Shown here: positions 55,241 through 64,000 of the stretch, piece after piece
Layout: each line of letters opens with the position of its first letter
Numbering within the stretch: the first letter of the stretch is position 1
NCBI GenBank assembly: GCA_009602735.1
Contig: WELA01003597.1
Coordinates: forward strand, 813,157 to 877,156
Source: Mesotaenium endlicherianum
Taxonomy: Eukaryota
Direction of reading: 5' to 3'
DNA length: 64,000 bases
The notes under the pieces: generated by a model
Told to the model about the DNA's origin: nothing
The model's database searches: none
The model's input: the letters and a program-made list of their open reading frames with translations, nothing else
Translations under genes and position numbers: made by a program

Positions 55241-56153
55241 GTGAGTCCAACTAAGAAACAACGGCATGACAATGTATGTGATGAATTGCAAGTGTTTATA
55301 GAAGAAATCGAATGGGAAATAAAAAGGATTCAAGCCTTGCAAAGTAGTCTTTCACATGATATCACTCGTCTTGAGGTCATCCAGAGTGATGCAACGGCGG
55401 AATTAGATATAAACATCACCATCAATCAGCATTTATCTTATGTCAGAAGAAAGGCTGCAGCTCTTTATGATCAAGCCTTTCGTCTGAGAAACAGGCCTCG
55501 TTAGCTAGCTCTAGGGGAGGACAAAGTCGTGTCTGTCATGGCCTCAACATCAGACAAGGGCAAAGCTCCATTATTAGAACCTGAGGGATCACAGAGAGAT
55601 GTATTGCTAGCTGTGGATGTAGTGGCAGCTCTCCAGCCAGTTGATGGCGATCCCATTAAGGCGATGGGGCCAAGTAGGCAGAGAGAGTTTGATAGGGTTA
55701 CAAATGATATTGCCCAATGGATGAAGGAGTTAGTAAATGTCAGAAAATGCCACATACAAGACTTGAGATTAGATGCAACTCAGTCCCACAGAAAGTGTAT
55801 GGGTGATAGATGGGCAACCAAACGTGTGCATGAAGAACTGGTGAGGCTGAGGATCAGGATGGCGCTGCGGAAAGACCTGTTTGAGTTTCACTTTGTGCTT
55901 TGGGTGCTACATAGGAGAATTGGAAATAGGCAATTCTTCGTGTGAAGGATTTGAGCTGCAAAATATATGTGTTGTTTGTGTCCAACATGCAATGGAAGGT
56001 GCTTTTATCACTGTTGCGCCTCCATCTAACACACTAAATGATGTTGTGGATGTGCAATTATGGAGGGCAAAGTCGGAGGATGAAGATGCTGCAACCTGGA
56101 AGCAGAGAGTGATGGAAGCTGTGCGGGGTGAAGGCCCTTCTACAAGGTCCTAA
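55241..56153 (+). other. Cluster of short helical ORFs, probably decayed TE accessory coding sequence
   Basis: Three consecutive same-strand ORFs with protein-like composition; no family recognised. Confidence 0.3.
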
Positions 56154-57949
56154 TAGTTGTACATATGTGGCTCTTTTTTGAGCTCCTTGTACATCAGTTC
56201 ATTTTGTTTTACGGGTAGGTTACATTAGTTGCAGCACTTGCGTCTCAGTCAAATATTTGTACATACGCTTTTTAGATGCTTGTGTTAGGGGTGTAGGCGC
56301 TTCATTGCTACAAATTAGCATGATTTTATCCTCCTTTCTCTTGGGAATTTTAGGCCCTTGAGGGTCCTATGCAATCGACAAGTAACATTTGAAAATCAAT
56401 TTACTTTCATTCCTCCTCCAGTGCACATGCGTGGTTGTGTGAAGTTGAGTGACCTATAATGTAGAGCAATATAATATCATAAAGTATGCATTTGTACTTC
56501 TGTTAGAATCCTTAACTGCAGCAATCGAAGTCATTGTGCCTCCCAAATTTGCACTGTGCAGCATGGAATTATTGTTAATTACTAACAACAGCACCTGTGG
56601 ACAAAAGTCTCATTTTTATTTGAAGAAATAGGTACAAGTTGAGGTCCTGTATCATAAGCTCTAGTACCCCACCTCTTCTTACATCAAGTATTTCCCTCAT
56701 ATTGTGATATTAGCTCCACACATGCTGCTTGATCATCTCTTTTAGCACCTCTTATTATACACAGGCCTTTGGCACTCCTCTTGCTCCCGGCTTGTTCAGT
56801 CCACAGCAAACAGCTCCACCACACGCAGCTCCCGGGGATTTGGTCTGTAATTGGAGTCTGCTTAGTGCAAATAAAAAACGATTACAATAAATTTTCCATA
56901 GTCCCCAATATTGGCATGCTATCATCTCTCACAAGCGCTCTAGTTTCTTCAACTAACAATCATGTAGACCTTCCCTCATGCAGATGTTCACAACAGGTGC
57001 ACGATTAATGCTGGACTCTTGACATATGGCAGCATCAGCGAATAAGCGTGCAACAGGCATTCACGCTCGATCTTTTGCGTACCTGAGCTAGACGTCTCCG
57101 CCTCACTCCCCTGTAAGGCTTTGTCCTCTTCCTCCATGCTGGACACGCGGCGTTTCTTTTGTCGCTGGTCCTTCTCAGTTGCTGGAGCAGCGGCACCCCC
57201 GCCTCAAGTTGCACCCCGCTTGGTTTTCTTGTTTGTCTAGGGTTTCTTCTCAGCTGGAGGCCTCCTATGTGGCGGCGCTGTGGATTTTGGCGTCCTCTTC
57301 TTTTTACTGCTCAAAGACGTTCCGCACAAGCTTCCCATTTGAGTATTGTTCTCTGCAGTCACAGGTCGCAGCATCAGTGTGGCGCTTGCGCCGACAGGGC
57401 CTGCTCATTCCTTGCTTGTGATCTATCAGCCAATGTAGGAGAGCCTGATAATGCTACAATATGCATGAGCATGCAGACGGAGTATAGAGGAAATGAGACA
57501 CCGCAAAGTTTGCACATACTCACCATGTGCTGCAGAATCTTGTAGTTCTTTGTTGAGGCCGGAGTCTCTGTTCTTAGGAGACTTCTTGCTGTTGCAATCT
57601 CCCCACTCCTGTTTATAGCCGTCCTTGTTTTTCCCTGACTTTGGCATGGAAATGGAAACCCCCTCTGAACGTGGAATGCCTGCTATCATACATGAAAGTT
57701 GAGCCCTTTCTTAAACCGGGTGGCCAACAAGCGGAGTCAGTTGGCAGTCTCACATGCACATGCTCTTAAGGAGTGAGGAGGTTGTGTACCTCTTTGGGAG
57801 TTATGGCTTTCTTCTTGGGGGTTGTGGCGAGGGACAGACTGGGGTTCCCTATCGGTCCCTTGCACACCGGTGCTTCTGTTAACGGGGTTGCCAGCCTCCT
57901 CTTCTTGTCCAATAACTGCATTCATATAAATAGCAGGTGAGAGAGGGAC

Positions 57950-57955
<6 letters not shown>

Positions 57956-57992
<37 letters not shown>
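57956..57992. repeat. (AG)n microsatellite
   Basis: Directly visible. Confidence 0.95.
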
Positions 57993-57993
<1 letters not shown>

Positions 57994-59198
57994 CCACTGT
58001 TTGGCCAACAAGCGAACCAAAGCAATTGAGCAACACATAGAATTTCAGACATGCTCTTAAGCTGCACAAGATCGTGTACCTTGTTTGACCAAGGAGGTCT
58101 CCTCCTTCACCTTCTTGCTCCACTCCCACAAACTCTTGCCCTTGTACTTGTTAAACTCTCCCATCATGGCGTCACCTTCTGCCCACAAAGGCCTCAAGTT
58201 CTCCACTGCCTGCTTCCCCCGTATAATGGCTCGGCTCGTTGCTCCTGAAGTGCTTGACTTCTGAAGCATTTATTATTCTTCTCAAGCCCTTTGCGTAAGG
58301 CATGCCGATTCAAGGCGTCGTGTCTCTGCTCAAGGCCCAGACTCTCATCACAAACCTGCAAGAGGTACAACTCTGAATGACGAGCCATAGTTTGCCCAAT
58401 TGATACTTTTTTTAAATAAAAACAAAGGTTAAAGAGTAAGATTCGCTTTCTTGCTACTCATGTTATGAGAGTTGCCCTTGCTGTCGTTGCTCTTGTTGTC
58501 CCCCGCTAAGATGGCAATGGACGCCATTCTTAGCCTGGTCGACCACCTTCTTGCATGAAGCAGGATTAAGCAGCATGTAGGGCATGGGGACCAAACTCCC
58601 AGTATCTTTCTTTATTACGAGACAGTGGCAGTCGCTATGTAAATAACTCCAAATGAGCTCATTATTTTTTGACTCCTACACTTGAGAGACACCCACGCGG
58701 AGGACAACGTACAAATAACTACTATTTTGCTCGCATTTGTGTCATGACATTTGGGACACCTCACAACACCTTACAACAAAATACTTTGTTTGCCCTACAT
58801 CTGAAGGTGTCGGTCGATGCACATGCGTCGTGACCAGTTGTGACCATTGGGATCGCTGTGGTTGACTGTTGTGAATGGTTGTGACCGTCAAATGAAATTG
58901 CGAGGAATGACCAAACCAGAAAGTAGGTCACGTGCCACCACAAATTCTTGTCTCCGGCCCTTTTTTAACGACATCAAAACGGTCATATATAACGGCCTAT
59001 TTTGCAGCAGGGTAAAAAATGGTGGTGCCAAAACTCCCAGGCACTGGCTCAATATTAAAAGAAACGGCACCTGTCCGGAGGCAAACAAAAAATTGGCTTG
59101 AATCAGGAGAGCACCACAATAGTTTTGCCTTTAGCAAGGAGAACACAGTGGAGGCGTCTTGTTCACGAGAAAACTGTGGTTCTTATGTTAATGCATAA

Positions 59199-60190
59199 AT
59201 GGTGCACAGAACCAAGGGGACAGGAGTTGTTGTGGCAATGCCGAGGTTATTGGGCAGCGGTAAAGCACCACAACAGAATGAAAAATTGCGATGCGTTGGC
59301 TGTCGAAAATTGATGAGGTATAAAGTGCACCGTCATCATGTCTGTCAAGTTGAATCAACAGCTGAAGCAGCATTGCGTAGGGAACATGAGTGGGCAAGAC
59401 ACGTTGAAGAGACTAATGAGAGAGCACGCCTTAGTCAGGATGGGGCAGATGAGGTGTGCCGACGATTCAAGCAGCAAGGGAAAGATCTCAGGCAGGCGCA
59501 AATAGAATTTACGGAAGCAGCGATGGAGGAAGGTTTACGAGCACAAGAGACAGCCAAAAGACTAGCTGATTTAGCACTGCAGGCAGAGCTACGGGAACAA
59601 CAGGCAACTGGGCGGGCATCAGAGAGGGCTGCCATGGCTGCAGCACACGCAACAGAAGATTTCGCTTTGAACCGTGGTGACGAACTCATATTAGAGGCCA
59701 CATAGGAAGAGTGGGGGAAGTTCAAAAGTGCGACGTGCTTGTGCAAGTGTGCCTATGATATCCTGCACAATGTAGGTACTAAAAAGACCAAGCGACAAAT
59801 GGAGGCGTGGAGGTTGAATAGCCCATTCTACAAAGCAGAGGACAAAAGAAAGTGCTTGATTGACAAAATACACGATACGAAAGTCCTATTTCACAAGCAT
59901 GGTGTGGGAGAAGCCCTGTTGCCGAGCGGGGAGAAGTTGTGGTCCAAGCCTGTAAGGGAAAGCGTGGCAAAGATGGTGGGGGACGATCACTTCAGCAGAG
60001 ATATCTACTTCAAGCCTGAGGTATTAGTGGACGGAAAAATGACCGGGCTCCACAATTCCCCATATGTACGAGGCGATCCGTTCTTTCGGGAGTACAGCTG
60101 TTGAGTGCACACAGGGCGGGAGGAAATGAAGGTGGCCTTACGGGATTTTATGGTTATGAGCACACAAGTAGCAGGTATATCACTGTTACC
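59199..60190 (+). pseudogene. Possible CMC/CACTA (Plavaka-like) transposase N-terminal fragment, cut by element B2
   Basis: CVGC...HVC zinc motif, coiled-coil, then KPVRESVAKMVGDDHFSRDIYFKPEV...LHNSPYVRGDPFF; resemblance judged from memory only. Confidence 0.35.
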
Positions 60191-61333
60191 CCTGCTTGCC
60201 ACATCGCATATTAGCCACGGGAGTGCAACGATCTGAGCTTTTGAGGCGTATTTGGGACGTTTTCCCAATTACCGAAAATACTTTAAAATATTTATTATAC
60301 ATTATTTGATAATTGTTTGCATCACACTGAATTATTCGCCACACGCGTGTGCCGATCAATTCCCGGTCGATTGGCGAAACGACCGAGATACTATTGCAAA
60401 ATGCGTCGTAACGTAATTCGACTACTTCGCAAAAGTACAACATAATTATTCATAAAGTTACTTTGATTAATTATGAGATGATAACTTAATTAGTCATGGT
60501 TTGATTAAGTTATGTTGATTGTCATTATTTTGGATAATGCACAGTCGGGCTTACGACAAATCGTTAATACGAACAAACAGTCGTAAAAGTCAAACGACAC
60601 ATAATATGCAAAGCGACTTTGCATCCGAGCGGATTCGAACCCGCGACCTGTTGTTTGAAACGTTCACACCTAACCAATTGGCGAAGTAGTTTATATAACT
60701 ACCAGTTCATGACAAAAAGCATGTGAGCGCGACTCCGCGAGCAGTCGCGACTTTTCGGAAAGTCGCGAGAACGCGAAAACGCGCGTTTGGCGCGAAACGG
60801 TTTTTCGGAAACCGTCGAAAAGTCCCCAAACGGCCAAACGGCGCGTTTCGAGCATTCAGCTGTAATGGGTCGTAACCCTTCGCCTGTTTTTGTTGACATG
60901 AACCAGTGCCCTAGGTGGTGACTTGAAGCACTCCAGTGCCTCACATCGTGCAGGTATAAATACCTGCAAAGTCATTGTGAGTGCAAATCTCACAAGCACA
61001 CATTCTACGTTAGTTTTCATTTTCGCTTTCTTGAGGATTTGTCAATTTGCACAAGTATATAGATTTTCTTTCCACTTCATTTAAATATTCCTTAAATACC
61101 GAGGAAAGCTCCTCTCAAAAAGCAGAAACGTTACATTGGTATCGAAGCCGATTTCGACTTCTCCAAGGAATGTTTTTTTAGTGGTTGGAAAAAAAGTTTT
61201 GGGAAAATAGATTTTGGGGCAGTTTTTCATATTGGGAAGGTCACCCATCCCAGTCCTGCCCTGACCCAATGGTCGCTTATCGTGTTCGACGGAATTTTTT
61301 CTCTCTCTCTTCCGGCGCTATCTCGGCTTCCAT

Positions 61334-62598
61334 ATGGAGGGCGAAAATGGTGCCGAGGCTGCTGCTGCTGCTGCTGCCGCCGCTGCTACTACTGCCGCTG
61401 TTGCTGCCGCTGCCGCTGGTGCTGTTACTCTTACCGTTCCTGTCGTCAACGTCGGCGATGTTGGAGGACTGCCCAACGAACCATTTCGCCGCGCACTTTC
61501 CAGCAGACAATTTTACAACGCTTCACGGCCTTGACAACTGACAGTCAAACCATGACAATGGCTCTAAGCACCTTGTTTGATGTCATTGGTCGTACAGAAG
61601 ACCGTGTTAATCTTGCTTAGGGCACTCATACTGAGTTGGCTGACCCTGTCACTCGCTTCGTTGCTGCCATGGACACTCACCCTTCGATTGGTCCTTTCTT
61701 ACAGGCTGCCCAAGGGATGCCGGGCCCATCAGGGACCGCCGGCGACAACGCCAACCCGCCAATCCCGCCCGCCATCCTTGGGCAAGCCGCGGCACCAACG
61801 CCTTTGTACAAGCCTTCACCGCCTAAAAAGTTTCAGAGTGGTCCAGGTTCTGACGTACGCCGTTTTCTTGAAGAACTAAAAATCTTCTTTGCGTTAGCTG
61901 AAGTGGCCCCTACCGACCAAGCCATGATGGCTTCCACTTTTCTCAAGGGGGACGCATTGCAGTTATGGCATGGGGCTGAGAGGGGGTCGATGACTTTCGA
62001 GGAGTTTAGTACTGACTTACGCAATGCCTTTGGGCGTCACAATCCATCAAAGCTAGCTCGTGATAAGTTGCTTCAACTCAAGCAGACAGGCATTATCGAA
62101 ACCTATGTCAATAAGTTCCGTATCTTAGTCACCCAGATGGTGGATGTTCCAGTCGATACTGGGATGCAAATTCACCTCTGTCGCTTGGGGCTCCAGGTGG
62201 AATACGCTAATCATCTCAATGCAAACCCAGTCTTCGATTTGGAATGGACAGCCATCGCCGATCTCATTTGTTATACCGAGACTTTAGCTCAGGAGAAGTC
62301 GATTGCTACGCCTAAACGTCAAGCAGCTCGTCCATCACGTCCTCCATCGTCGTTTCCTAGTTCTAATAATGCCGCTTCAAAGAGGAACTATCCCAATGGG
62401 GCGGGTAATAGTGCTAGATCCAATGGTCCACCTCCCAAGATAAGCAAGATAGACAACACAGAAGCTCGCAATTGCATGATGGCAGAAGGACTGTGTTTTG
62501 GCTGTGGGAAACATGGGCATACGATCTCGGCATGTCCTACTAGAAAGGATTCGAGAAACGATCCGAAGGGGAAAGGCAAGGGGCCTTTGAAAGAGTAG
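61334..62598 (+). pseudogene. gag: gag of B2, disrupted at the 5' end
   Basis: FLKGDALQLW, ARDKLLQLKQTG, knuckle CFGCGKHGHTISAC. Confidence 0.88.
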
Positions 62599-64000
62599 CT
62601 CAGGAGATAGCCGCAAAGTCTCCTTCTGAGCTATTGACAACACGACTTAGTGAGCAGGAAATTCTCGATGTTTGTGCGCATGCACCAAAGGTTCTTGTTC
62701 ACTCTGGCATACCCGATATACTTATACTTCGAAACGAATATATTTGTATGTAAGTGTTGAGCTTTGTTGAGTTCTTGGAACTCGAGTGCATCCATAGTAC
62801 CATGTTCTTGCACTTTCAGCCGCACAATCCTAACCTTGCCAAGTGTTATTCACACTTATCTCGCTTACAAAAAATGCACCAATGTCGTGCACCAATTTAT
62901 ATTGCTGCATTTACACATCGACGCGCGCATTCTCACCCAATAACTCGGTTTCCCGTGCGGATGGCAATGCAAAATGGGATTTTGGTAAAGGACCTCCATA
63001 TTCCCCACATTCCTCTCAAGGCGAAGACATTGCTAGTGATGCATAATGCTTCTTTGGGATTAAGTATGACATTTGGAACGAAAGTTTCAGGCAAATCATG
63101 CTTTACAGTCATTGATTCAGGCGCATCAGTGAGCTTCATTAGTGCACGTTGTGCACAAGGGATGAAGTTGCTTCCAATACTCAAGGACGAGACCCTTCGC
63201 CTCGGCGATGGCTCGTTAGCTTGTATTTCTGGAACGATTTAATTATCGCTCAGCGTGCATGGGCGTGTACAATTCTATGTAACTGAAATGCCACATGGAA
63301 TCAACGCAGTCTTGGGTAACACTTGGCTCACGCAAACAAGTGCATTGCTTGACTGCGGTCAAAAGATATGCATTGTACGCAAAGGGACCAGGAAGATCAC
63401 TCTTCAGTCCCTTAAGCCCAATATGGCCTTAGAAAGTCCTTCGAAGACTCTTCTATTGTCCATAAAGCAAGCTCGACGTTTGGCAAAGCAAAGTCAAAAT
63501 GTTTTCTATGGGTTACTAAGACCCGATTTCCCAGCAACTTCCTCTACGCTCTTTACGAAAGAGCCGATGTTAGACGTTACTAGTCATGAGGACACATTCA
63601 CAGCTAAACTTTCTGCTCTTTTGCAAAAGTACAAGTCTGTGTTTCCAAGTGAAATACCAGCCGGGCTTCCGCCTGATAGGGGTATTGGACATACAATGCC
63701 TCTCATTCCCGATTTTCAACTGACTTGGCGACCAATTTATCGCCTAAGCCCGTTGGAGATGAATGAAATGAAGGACCAAATCACCGACTTGCTTGAGAAA
63801 GGATGGATTGAGCCGAGCTCTTCTCCATTTGGGGCGCCCATCCTATTTGTTCGAAAGAAAGATGGGACGCTTAGAATGTGCATTGTTTATCGTGCGTTGA
63901 ACAATATAACGGTCAAGAACCGCTATTCGTTGCCTCGCGTTGATGATTTGTTTGATTTGCCGCAAGGGGCCTGCGTGTTCTCCTCGCTTGATTTAGCCCA
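62583..64000 (+). pseudogene. pol: pol of B2 (partial), disrupted
   Basis: [34 protein letters not shown]; stops at 62750 and 63240. Confidence 0.9.

Larger units (their letters stand above)
60224..64000 (+). mobile_element. Ty3/gypsy element B2, running off the right edge
   Basis: 5' LTR 60224-61135, PBS TGGTATCGAAGCC at 61137, gag, PR, start of RT. Confidence 0.92.

Noticed and set aside
56700..58640. Decayed minus-strand coding fragments
   Set aside because: Many stops and no identifiable motif.

Overview
Eukaryotic genomic DNA from the green lineage (plant or streptophyte alga; inferred, not proven), from a draft assembly with single-N joins at 9813, 13411, 26429, 28232 and 33217. The first 6.3 kb holds a five-exon bifunctional HPPK-DHPS folate gene, head-to-head with an unidentified gene that runs off the left edge. 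Most of the rest is nested, decayed Ty3/gypsy chromovirus LTR retrotransposons. Family A has ~720-bp LTRs, three internal copies and several solo or partial LTRs. Family B has ~920-bp LTRs, two internal copies and one solo LTR. One family C solo LTR is also present. Highlights: (1) family A carries a large extra ORF after pol, in two divergent versions, bracketed by duplicated hairpin+PPT modules and preceded by splice signals; (2) a non-LTR island at 42-46 kb holds an intronless bacterial-type C5 DNA methyltransferase pseudogene flanked by two paralogous unknown ORFs and a PHD remnant; (3) family B LTRs carry a tRNA-like A-box/B-box cassette; (4) -1 frameshift signals sit at the gag/pol junctions. 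All calls were made by eye; no searches were run.
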